Source: Planctomycetota bacterium (GTDB lineage: Bacteria > Planctomycetota > GCA-002687715 > DRQF01). From it: a DNA stretch of 25,912 bases. A model generated the notes under the pieces. It was not told the DNA's origin and searched no databases. It worked only from the letters and a program-made list of their open reading frames with translations. The stretch spans positions 1 through 25,912 of the forward strand of contig JAZGFI010000172.1 in the NCBI GenBank assembly GCA_036479435.1, read 5' to 3'. Shown one piece after another: positions 18,149 through 25,912 of the stretch. Made by a program: the position numbers and the translations under genes. The stretch's first letter is position 1. Every line of letters starts with the position of its first letter.

Positions 18149-21100
18149 GTGCCGTCGCCAACTGTGATTTACCTGAGGAATCGGCTCATCGTGAAGCATC
18201 TTGACGCTCCCTTTTCCAAAATCTCAAGAGCCCTGTGGAATACCGTCCGCAGCTTGGCTTTGGGTTTGATGGCGATTCAGTTTTTCACCACGGTGCTTAG
18301 CTCGAGGGCTGATGCACAGGCTTTTACTTCGGTCTTACATGATGAGGTTGATGGACTTCCAAGCGCCCAGGCCTACGCCTTGGAATTCGATGCATCCGGA
18401 GTTCTTTGGGTTGCGACTCGCAAGGGCACGGCTCGCTACGACGGCCTTAGATGGAGCGGGGTTGCCGACAAGCGCAATATCGCCAAGGGCTGGGAACCGC
18501 GGTGGTTAGTCTTCGATTCGGAGCAGAGGGTTTGGGCGATTCCGAACTCCGCTCGGCATCCCGTGAGCCTGCAAGAAGGCACCACGAGCAAACTCCTTCC
18601 GCCTTTGGAATTCGACGACAACAGTCTCGTCAGAATTAGCGCCGCCGCAGCCGTGACGACAACCCGAGGCAGGTTTTTGTACCTGGGAACCACCACCAAG
18701 GGCGTTTGGATCTGGGATGGCGCCGTGTGGATTAGCGTCCGTTGTGAAAGCGGCAACGAAAAAGGACTCGGAGAGGTGCGTTCCTTGGTGGCCCGCGGCG
18801 AGAAAGTGCTGGTCGCAGGCTCAGAGGGCATCTTTGAAATCGACGGTAGCGTCGCGCGAAAACTCAATTCGAATTCAAGCGATCCTAGGCTTCGACAAGG
18901 TCTAGCCATTCTCCCCTGGGGAGATCCCGACACCTGCATTGTCGCAGGGCGCAGATTCACGGGAATCCTCAACGCTGACGGCCTAAAACTTCTGAGCTGC
19001 CTTGACAGCTTCTACACCGAATTCACGGCCGAAAGCGCGTTTCTCTGTCTAGATGGGTTCGGCGGCTTCTATCTCGCGACCGGCGAGAGCCTCTACCAAG
19101 TCGACGTTGAGAAAGACAAAGCGACACGGCTCAACCTTGAGATGACACTGGGCCCGGTAACGAGTTTGAAATTGGACCACGAACGTAATCTGTGGACCTC
19201 AGGTCTAAGAGGCCTGCGATGTATCCCCCCCCCGCGATTCGCGAACTGGCGAAAGAACCAGGGTTTGATGGCCGATGAAGTGGGCGCCATCCTGCGCTTG
19301 GACGCAGGCAAGTTGCTGCTGGGCCACTTCGGTGGCGTAACGATACTTCAGGGAAGCCAATTAACTCGCATTATTTTTGACCAACGGAGGGATGCTCAAG
19401 CCATTCCCACCAAGATTCTTGACATGGCGATGGCCACCAACGAGCGAGCTTGGATCGCCGGAAACGAATTGGGCATCGGCCTTCTCGATCTCAAAGGCCC
19501 GCACCACGAATGTCAATGGTGGCGCCTACCCGGTGCCCAAGACCTCACTGTGAGTGGTGCAACAAGTGTTCTCGCAGATAACCATGGAGGCTGCTGGATC
19601 TCCTCAACTCGCGGCCTTTTTCATTTGCAAGGCGGTGAACTTAGCTTCTTGGACTCGGAAGTTCTCAACCGCGGGCTACGGCGACTATTCCGCGACTCAA
19701 AGGGCCGCTGCTACGTCGCTTCAACCGGAGGCGGGATCATCAGGTCAGCGAACGATTTCGACGATCCTAAAATTCTCGCGGGACCCGAGGAGTTTGGTTT
19801 TCGAGACGTCTTTTGTTTTCTCGAAGACAAGAGCGGCAAGATCTGGGTCGGAACTCGCAGCGGACTATTGGTCATTGAAGGCGACCGACTACGCCGACCA
19901 AGGGAGGCTCGATTCGCAATCGAGGAACCGATCTACTCGATGGCCCTTCAACCCCAAGGTAGACTCGCGATTGGCACGAGCCAGGGCTTGCTCATCGACG
20001 ACGGCAAGCGACTCCGTCGATTCACAGCAGAAGACGGGCTGGCCGGCATGGAAGCCAATCGCGCGGCCATGGTTTACGACGAAATGGGCGATCTTTGGAT
20101 CGGCACCAACATGGGCCTGTCGCGGGTAAGGTCGGGATTCGATGACTCAAGACCGACGCCTTCGTTCCTCAAGATCACGGAGATCAAGACTTCAGAGGGC
20201 GTTCGAGATCTTGCCCTGAGTACCATGGAGAGCGCGGGGCGGCAGCTTTCGTTTCGATTCCATACGCCGTCTTTTCACCGCGCCAGCGACCTTGAGTATC
20301 GCACGCGCCTGCAGGGACTGGAGCAAGATTGGGTCTTGGCCGACACGGAGGGTAAGGGCTTCGTCAATTTTGAGCACTTGAGCCACGGCGAGTATCAATT
20401 GGAGGTTCAAGTACGCCGACCCGCTGAGCCTTGGAGCAACACCGTCAAGAGCGCAACCGTGACGCTGCAGGGGCCGTTTTGGACCGCTGGATGGTTTTGG
20501 TTGGTTTGCGGAGCCCTGCTGGTGATCCTCGGATTCATCGCGATACGCGCCCTCATGGACCGCCGAGTCAAAGATCAACTTGAGACGATGGTCGAGCGCC
20601 GCACGCGAGACCTCAAAGCTTCCGAACGCCACTTCCGCGAGTCTTTCCACTCAAATCGAGCGGCTCAATTACAGCTCGACGCCGAAACGACCGCCATTAT
20701 CGGAGCCAATCCAGCCGCTTGCCGTTTTTTTGGTTACCTCGAAGACGAGATTTTTGGCGCCGATTTCAGCGCCTTTTCCGTAGGGCGCGAGGAGCTAGTC
20801 CGCGAGCAACTCATCAACCTAAACCGAAGCTCGGGGCTTCGTCACCAGCTCGTGCAGCAAACCGCATCTGGCGAGGACCGCGACGTCGAGATTTTTGCTT
20901 CCCTCGTCGAAACGCCGCGGGGCTGGGTCATTCAATGCACCGTTCACGACGTCACCGACAGTAAACAAATAGAGCGTGAACTTCACGAGGCTCAGAAGCT
21001 GAACGCCGTAGGACGACTGGCCAGCGGCATCGCCCACGACTTCAACAATCTGCTCCTTGTCATTCAGGGAAACGCCGACGTCGCGACCGGAAAATCGAAA

Positions 21101-22090
21101 GCGAACGAGTCCGTCGACAACGAACTCCAAGAGATCCGCAGTGCCTCGCAACGCGGCTCCAAGCTGATTCGCGACCTGCTCGTCTTCAGCCGTCGCCACA
21201 ACTTGCGCCGTGAAGTCTTCAACATGGATCAGTTTCTTGTTGGTTTGAGGCCGACGTTTGGCCACCTCTTGGGTTCGAATCGCCGACTCAAGATAGATCT
21301 CCACGCAGAAAACGCTCAAGTCGAAACGGACCCGGTACAGTTCGAGCGAGTCCTCAACAACCTCATCACCAACGCGCGAGACGCCACTCAAGCGAATGGC
21401 AAAGTCCAAGTCCGAACACGGGAGCTTCCCGCTTCCGAGTCGGCCCTAGAAGTCGCATCAATCCTGATCGAAGTCGAAGACGATGGCTGCGGAATCGATG
21501 AGCTCGACATCAACCGGGTTTTCGAGCCCTTTTTTACGACCAAAGAAGTGGGAAGCGGAACGGGCCTGGGCCTGGCGAGTGCTCACGGTGTCGTCGCGAG
21601 GAGCGGAGGCCGGCTTGAATTCGAAAGCGAATTGGGAAAGGGAACGACCTTCAGGATTCTCCTTCCCCTCGCCGGAGCCGTCAAAGACTCGTCAGCCGAA
21701 GGGATACCAAGCCATTCAGCGGCGGTCATCGTCGCGGTGCAGGATTCCGAGGCACGCTCAAGAACGACAACGATTGTAGAGAATCTCGGATTCCAAGTGC
21801 TGCAAGCCCGTGGTGCGGCGGACGCCCTACGACTTTTTCATGAGTCTACGGCGGCACCTCACGCATTACTCGCAGATCTTGAAGTGACGGGATCGGGGAT
21901 GTCAGGCGAAGAACTGGCTTACTGCTTGCGCAGCGAACAGCCCTCGATCCGAATCGTGCTGATCGCGCGACCAAACCGCAAGCCACGAAAACTCGAGGAC
22001 GCCATCCTCGTCTCCAAAGCGGCCTCCAAATCCGAGCTCGCCAAGGCTCTAGGGCGTGGCAGCGATCTAGAGGCGAACAGCACAGTCTGA
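18149..22090 (+). CDS. Hybrid sensor histidine kinase: propellers, Y_Y_Y, TM, PAS, HisKA, HATPase, degenerate receiver (start uncertain)
   Basis: DGLPS..G.LWVAT and EDKSGKIWVGT repeats; YRTRLQGLEQDW..HLSHGEYQLEVQ; TM helix; PAS (IIGANPAACRFFGY..HDVTD); GRLASGIAHDFNN; DDGCGI, FEPFFTTKEVGSGTGLGL; REC-like tail. Confidence 0.94.
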   Translation: MPSPTVIYLRNRLIVKHLDAPFSKISRALWNTVRSLALGLMAIQFFTTVLSSRADAQAFTSVLHDEVDGLPSAQAYALEFDASGVLWVATRKGTARYDGLRWSGVADKRNIAKGWEPRWLVFDSEQRVWAIPNSARHPVSLQEGTTSKLLPPLEFDDNSLVRISAAAAVTTTRGRFLYLGTTTKGVWIWDGAVWISVRCESGNEKGLGEVRSLVARGEKVLVAGSEGIFEIDGSVARKLNSNSSDPRLRQGLAILPWGDPDTCIVAGRRFTGILNADGLKLLSCLDSFYTEFTAESAFLCLDGFGGFYLATGESLYQVDVEKDKATRLNLEMTLGPVTSLKLDHERNLWTSGLRGLRCIPPPRFANWRKNQGLMADEVGAILRLDAGKLLLGHFGGVTILQGSQLTRIIFDQRRDAQAIPTKILDMAMATNERAWIAGNELGIGLLDLKGPHHECQWWRLPGAQDLTVSGATSVLADNHGGCWISSTRGLFHLQGGELSFLDSEVLNRGLRRLFRDSKGRCYVASTGGGIIRSANDFDDPKILAGPEEFGFRDVFCFLEDKSGKIWVGTRSGLLVIEGDRLRRPREARFAIEEPIYSMALQPQGRLAIGTSQGLLIDDGKRLRRFTAEDGLAGMEANRAAMVYDEMGDLWIGTNMGLSRVRSGFDDSRPTPSFLKITEIKTSEGVRDLALSTMESAGRQLSFRFHTPSFHRASDLEYRTRLQGLEQDWVLADTEGKGFVNFEHLSHGEYQLEVQVRRPAEPWSNTVKSATVTLQGPFWTAGWFWLVCGALLVILGFIAIRALMDRRVKDQLETMVERRTRDLKASERHFRESFHSNRAAQLQLDAETTAIIGANPAACRFFGYLEDEIFGADFSAFSVGREELVREQLINLNRSSGLRHQLVQQTASGEDRDVEIFASLVETPRGWVIQCTVHDVTDSKQIERELHEAQKLNAVGRLASGIAHDFNNLLLVIQGNADVATGKSKANESVDNELQEIRSASQRGSKLIRDLLVFSRRHNLRREVFNMDQFLVGLRPTFGHLLGSNRRLKIDLHAENAQVETDPVQFERVLNNLITNARDATQANGKVQVRTRELPASESALEVASILIEVEDDGCGIDELDINRVFEPFFTTKEVGSGTGLGLASAHGVVARSGGRLEFESELGKGTTFRILLPLAGAVKDSSAEGIPSHSAAVIVAVQDSEARSRTTTIVENLGFQVLQARGAADALRLFHESTAAPHALLADLEVTGSGMSGEELAYCLRSEQPSIRIVLIARPNRKPRKLEDAILVSKAASKSELAKALGRGSDLEANSTV

Positions 22091-22122
22091 TACTCGAGGC
22101 GGCCCTTTGGTAGAACCAATCC

Positions 22123-22917
22123 ATGAACGATAATCCACTCGTCATCTGGGAAGTTGTTCCCGAGCTGTTGCAACTCGGGCCCGTCACCATTCGTTGGTAC
22201 GGCCTTTTGTTCGCGATGGGATTCGCCGTCGGGTTTTTCATCATCCGCAAGATCTTCCGCGCCGAGGGAAAACAAGAACGGGACCTTGAGACCCTCTTGA
22301 CCTATGTCGTGGTCGGCACGGTGATCGGAGCCCGCTTGGGTCACTGCCTCTTTTATGACCCGGATTATTTCCTCAGCCACCCCCTTGAGATCCTCAAGGT
22401 CTGGAAAGGCGGACTCGCCAGCCACGGCGGCGGCATTGGGGTATTGATTTCGCTTTGGCTGTACTCTCGCAGTCGCCCCAATCAGCCATTTCTTTGGCTC
22501 TGCGATCGAGTGGCGATACCGACGGCTCTCGCAGGGGCCTTTATTCGATTGGGAAATCTCTTTAACTCTGAAATTTACGGGCAACCGACCAAGGTAGCGT
22601 GGTCCTTTGTCTTCAAGCGCATCGATGAGCAGGCGCGCCACCCTACTCAGGTGTACGAGTCCATCTCCTACCTCGCGATCTTCGCCCTGCTGTGGATCAA
22701 CTACCTCCGTTGCGGCAAGCAGCTGGCCCGAGGCCAAAACCTGGGGATCTTCCTTGCTTTGGTGTTCGCAGCCCGTTTTTTCATAGAGTTCTTCAAGGTG
22801 AGGCAAGCCTCCTACGGCGCGGATTGGGGTCTTACTATTGGGCAGTTTTTGAGTATCCCAGCCTTCATTGTGGGCGCTTTCCTTCTGTTTCGCGCCCGAA
22901 AACCCGAACAAGGTTGA
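22123..22917 (+). CDS. lgt: Prolipoprotein diacylglyceryl transferase
   Basis: IRWYGL, GARLGH, GGLASHGG, IRLGNLFNSEIYG, RHPTQVYE, RFFIEF, GQFLSIP. Confidence 0.97.
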   Translation: MNDNPLVIWEVVPELLQLGPVTIRWYGLLFAMGFAVGFFIIRKIFRAEGKQERDLETLLTYVVVGTVIGARLGHCLFYDPDYFLSHPLEILKVWKGGLASHGGGIGVLISLWLYSRSRPNQPFLWLCDRVAIPTALAGAFIRLGNLFNSEIYGQPTKVAWSFVFKRIDEQARHPTQVYESISYLAIFALLWINYLRCGKQLARGQNLGIFLALVFAARFFIEFFKVRQASYGADWGLTIGQFLSIPAFIVGAFLLFRARKPEQG

Positions 22918-22945
22918 GAGTTTCGAGCGCGTCACATTGCGGCCA

Positions 22946-22966
22946 ATCGCTGATCGCTGATCGCTG
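22946..22966. repeat. Heptamer tandem repeat (ATCGCTG)x3
   Basis: Three exact copies at 22946, 22953 and 22960 in the intergenic region after lgt. Confidence 0.9.
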
Positions 22967-23011
22967 GGTTTCTTCGCCGCTAGCCCGCTAACTTACTTTA
23001 GAACCCACCAG

Positions 23012-23028
23012 CTGGCGCAACTAGTGCT
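23012..23028 (+). promoter_or_regulatory. Possible sigma54 (-24/-12) promoter upstream of the BI-1/YccA gene
   Basis: CTGGCGCAACTAGTGCT has GG-N10-GC spacing and resembles TGGCAC-N5-TTGCW; it ends 70 nt before ATG 23099. Confidence 0.3.
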
Positions 23029-23098
23029 AACTCGGTTACTTTGGCCAAGGCCAGCTTAGTTGCTCTGGCGCACCGCTCAGAGAAAGGTATATAGCTCG

Positions 23099-23806
23099 AT
23101 GAACAATCCTTACGCCGCAGACATGCAGGCAATCCCGGTCGCACAGCTCGGTGAGGACGCTCGCGCGACCTTTATTACCCGAACCTACGCCCATCTCTTT
23201 GGCGCGATCATGGCTTTCGTCTTGCTTGAGGTTTTCCTGTTCAAGACCGGTCTTATCCTCCCGGTGGCGCAGTTCCTCATGCAATCGTGGTGGCTTACGA
23301 TGATCGCTTTCATCGGAGCAAGCTGGATAGCCAACTCCATCGCATTTCGCGCAAAATCACTGCCGGCCCAGTATGGCGCATTGGGGATCTTCATCGTCGC
23401 GGAGGCGCTCGTCTTCGCGCCGTTGCTGCTCATCGCCAATTCGTACTCCAACGGCGGCGTCATCGAAACGGCGGGCCTCATCACCGCCGTGACTTTTTCT
23501 GGGCTCACAGCCTTTGTATTCTACACGCGCAAAGACTTTTCCTTCATGCGCGGCATGCTAAACGTCGGGTTCATGGTCGCCATCGGACTGATCTTCGCCG
23601 GTTTCATTTTCGGATTCAGTCTCGGCCTGTGGTTCAGCGGCGCGATGGTCCTGTTGGCCGCCGGTTCAATCCTCTACCAGACTTCCAATGTTCTGCACCA
23701 TTACCCTGAAGACCGCTACGTCGGCGCCGCCTTGGGCTTGTTTGCCGAAGTAGCCCTTCTCTTTTGGTATGTGTTGCGCTTGGTGATGGCCTTCGGAGAC
23801 GACTAA
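23099..23806 (+). CDS. Bax inhibitor-1/YccA (TMBIM) family membrane protein
   Basis: About seven hydrophobic helices; RATFITRTYAHL, TRKDFSFM, ILYQTSNV, ALGLF..VALLFWYVLRL. GAAAGG lies upstream of ATG 23099. Confidence 0.92.
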   Translation: MNNPYAADMQAIPVAQLGEDARATFITRTYAHLFGAIMAFVLLEVFLFKTGLILPVAQFLMQSWWLTMIAFIGASWIANSIAFRAKSLPAQYGALGIFIVAEALVFAPLLLIANSYSNGGVIETAGLITAVTFSGLTAFVFYTRKDFSFMRGMLNVGFMVAIGLIFAGFIFGFSLGLWFSGAMVLLAAGSILYQTSNVLHHYPEDRYVGAALGLFAEVALLFWYVLRLVMAFGDD

Positions 23807-23821
23807 GCCTCGAATGTCGCG

Positions 23822-25912
23822 TCAGACGCCTTCGCGGAGGGCGCGGTCGACGCGCTCCCAGATGCCTCGGCGCTTGGCCGCGGCGGCGCGGGAGCCAGCG
23901 TACTGGGCGAGATTCTGGCTGAATGCGTAAAGCGGAGCCTTGCTAGCCCACAGGAGGCGATAGGCCACATCTCGACCGGGAGCCTTGAGCGCGGCGCTTG
24001 CGAGTCGCAGGGTCGAGCGCAAAGAGGCGAGGACGGCGTAGGGCAAGCTGCGCATCGTGCGGTACTCAAACTGCTCCCACAATTCGAAATGGTCGAGATA
24101 GACTCGCTTGGCTTCGTAGCGCCAACTCCGATGGTGGGAGTGAATGACGATGGCCTCGGGCAGGGTAACGAGGCTCTTGCCGGCAATGATGACAGCCTTT
24201 CCCCAAGAGAGGTCTTCGGCGAACCGACGATCCTCGAAGGGAATCGAGAGGGCATCGGCTCGTCGCACCATAGACGCTACGTTGTCGAAAGCCGCAAGTC
24301 TCCTGCGGTCCTCGGGAGTCAGGGCTTTCCAGGCTCTCTCCCCTCCTTTCAGGCGCCGACGGTGGCGCTGGCTTCCATTACCCGCGTTGACCCGCAAGCT
24401 CTGAAAGGGATCGGCATCTGGGCGAGGTCGTTGAGAAGCCATCACTCCAGCCACGTTGTCGTCTTCAAATAACGAGGCCATTCGATCCAAGAGTGTTTCG
24501 TCGCAAGGCAAGGCGTCCTGACTCAAAAGCGCAACCAGTTCGCCACGAGCGGCCTCGATACCCTGCTGCCGAGTCTTCCCGTGCCCAAAAGAGGCCGGGC
24601 CGATCTCGATCAACCTCACCTGCGGACGGGCTCGAATCGTCGCCAACGTTTCGTCTTCCGAGCCGGAGTCAATGCAGAGGATCTCAAAGGGATAGCGAAC
24701 GCGCTGGGCCAAGATCCGATCGAGAACCCGCGCAAACAGCGGGCCACCGTTTTTGGTGGGGATCATAACCGTTAGCTTTACTTCATGCTTCGCTCGACGC
24801 TTCCTCTCCTTCAAGCTGACCCGAGACATCCGCGATTCAATAAGGGACCGGTAGCGTCGCTCCCAATCCATGGCATCTTGAGCCAGTGTCTTGGGTACCT
24901 CGATCCCACTCTGCAATTCGTCGTAGAGCCCCGGCTCATCCAAAAGGCGGGTGATCTGTCGCGCCAAGTCCACGCCCTTGCCAACCTCAAAAAGTAAGCC
25001 GTCCTCTTCGTGTGACACGGCTTCCGCCATGCCCCCGAGGTCAGACGCCAAGACCGGAACCCTCGCCATATGAGCTTCGGCGATGGTCAGAGGGGCGTTC
25101 TCATACCAAAGGCTCGGCACCACGATAGCGTCGACAGCAGCCATCAGTTCCGGAAGGTCACGACGGCGATAGCCGCCAGCGAGTTCGATTCCGAGCGCGC
25201 TCGCGCGCTCGCGCAGCGAGTTCGAGAATTCCGGTGCGACCTCAAAGTCACCATGAATGACGAACTGAAGATCTCGCCGGTCGCTTAGGGTTGCGGCGGC
25301 CTCAAGCAAAACTTCAAGGCCCTTCTCTTCCGAAATGGTACCGAAGTAGGCGACGCGCAACCCTTCGCGATGGGGATTCTCCAGGTCTTCAAATCCGCGT
25401 GCGTCGTGACCGTTTCGTGAAACCACAATTTCGCTGGGATCCCGAAATCCCGACGCCACAAAGCGGTCGGCCAAAAAATGGCTGGGCGATACGACAAGGT
25501 CGCAGGCTCCCAAGGCCTCGTGCCCGGCCGCCAAGCGATCACGGATGGCCAGAGCATGGGCAGCGTTGTCTTTTTGCTCGGAGCTCTCGGAGCTTGGGGT
25601 CGGTCCTGGCTTGGCACGACGCATGGCCTTGAGGGGTTTCTTCAAGAAGCTCGGAAGCCGCCGGGCTTGCCGCCGCAACCAACCTCGGCATTGACCTTGG
25701 GCAGACTCAGTATCCTCCAGCGCAAACCCACGGCAACACCGTCCGCATACTTGCGGGTCAGGGCGGTCGCAAAGTTCTCCGGTGTCTTGACGCATGCGAC
25801 CGAATCGCGCGCACAGAAGATCAAAATCGTGGAGAGTGAAGACGACGGGAATTCCCCGAGTCCGTGCCGCTCCGGGTAAGCCATAGCCAAAAAAGCGCAA
25901 GTGCTGGATGTG
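23822..25912 (-). CDS. Bifunctional glycosyltransferase, GT4 (GT-B) fused to GT2 (GT-A, rhamnosyltransferase-like); 5' end outside the window
   Basis: Frame is open to the window edge (HIQHLRFF). GT4: VFTLHDF..LC, YFGTISEEKG, VPSLWYENAPLTIAEA. GT2: VMIPTKNG, IDSGSEDET, FGHGKTR, LLSQDA, FAED..W, VIHSH. Confidence 0.92.
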   Translation of the reverse strand, partial: HIQHLRFFGYGLPGAARTRGIPVVFTLHDFDLLCARFGRMRQDTGELCDRPDPQVCGRCCRGFALEDTESAQGQCRGWLRRQARRLPSFLKKPLKAMRRAKPGPTPSSESSEQKDNAAHALAIRDRLAAGHEALGACDLVVSPSHFLADRFVASGFRDPSEIVVSRNGHDARGFEDLENPHREGLRVAYFGTISEEKGLEVLLEAAATLSDRRDLQFVIHGDFEVAPEFSNSLRERASALGIELAGGYRRRDLPELMAAVDAIVVPSLWYENAPLTIAEAHMARVPVLASDLGGMAEAVSHEEDGLLFEVGKGVDLARQITRLLDEPGLYDELQSGIEVPKTLAQDAMDWERRYRSLIESRMSRVSLKERKRRAKHEVKLTVMIPTKNGGPLFARVLDRILAQRVRYPFEILCIDSGSEDETLATIRARPQVRLIEIGPASFGHGKTRQQGIEAARGELVALLSQDALPCDETLLDRMASLFEDDNVAGVMASQRPRPDADPFQSLRVNAGNGSQRHRRRLKGGERAWKALTPEDRRRLAAFDNVASMVRRADALSIPFEDRRFAEDLSWGKAVIIAGKSLVTLPEAIVIHSHHRSWRYEAKRVYLDHFELWEQFEYRTMRSLPYAVLASLRSTLRLASAALKAPGRDVAYRLLWASKAPLYAFSQNLAQYAGSRAAAAKRRGIWERVDRALREGV

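Noticed and set aside
21919..22935. 338-aa minus-strand ORF, and similar overlapping ORFs at 9065-9868, 10715-11611 and 13003-13794
   Set aside because: Antisense to well-supported genes and without domain motifs.
25898..25900. TTG as the glycosyltransferase start
   Set aside because: The frame continues upstream as HIQH, an internal GT4 motif, so the gene is truncated by the window edge.

Overview
GC-rich bacterial chromosomal window, almost fully coding, with no rRNA, tRNA, CRISPR array or transposase recognisable. The gene families suggest a Planctomycetota/PVC-like organism, but that is inference only. Left third (minus strand): a complete Na+-translocating NADH:quinone oxidoreductase operon nqrABCDEF with both maturation genes (apbE, nqrM), a good sigma70-like promoter, and a 63-bp perfect palindrome just after it. 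Middle: a signalling-rich block. It holds an exported sulfatase-fold/HEAT-repeat protein whose catalytic residues appear lost, and a coupled pair of a non-RD Ser/Thr kinase (four tandem zinc ribbons) and a PP2C phosphatase. It also holds two large beta-propeller/Y_Y_Y hybrid histidine kinases with no partner regulator, which flank a divergent pair: a membrane-anchored ankyrin protein and a Tat lipoprotein with an apparently dead sugar-isomerase TIM barrel. Right end: lgt, a Bax-inhibitor-1/YccA membrane protein, and a GT4-GT2 fused glycosyltransferase running off the window. The best candidates for new biology are the zinc-ribbon kinase/PP2C/pseudo-sulfatase unit and the pseudo-isomerase lipoprotein sitting in front of a sensor kinase. 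All family assignments are from motif recognition by eye; no searches were run.
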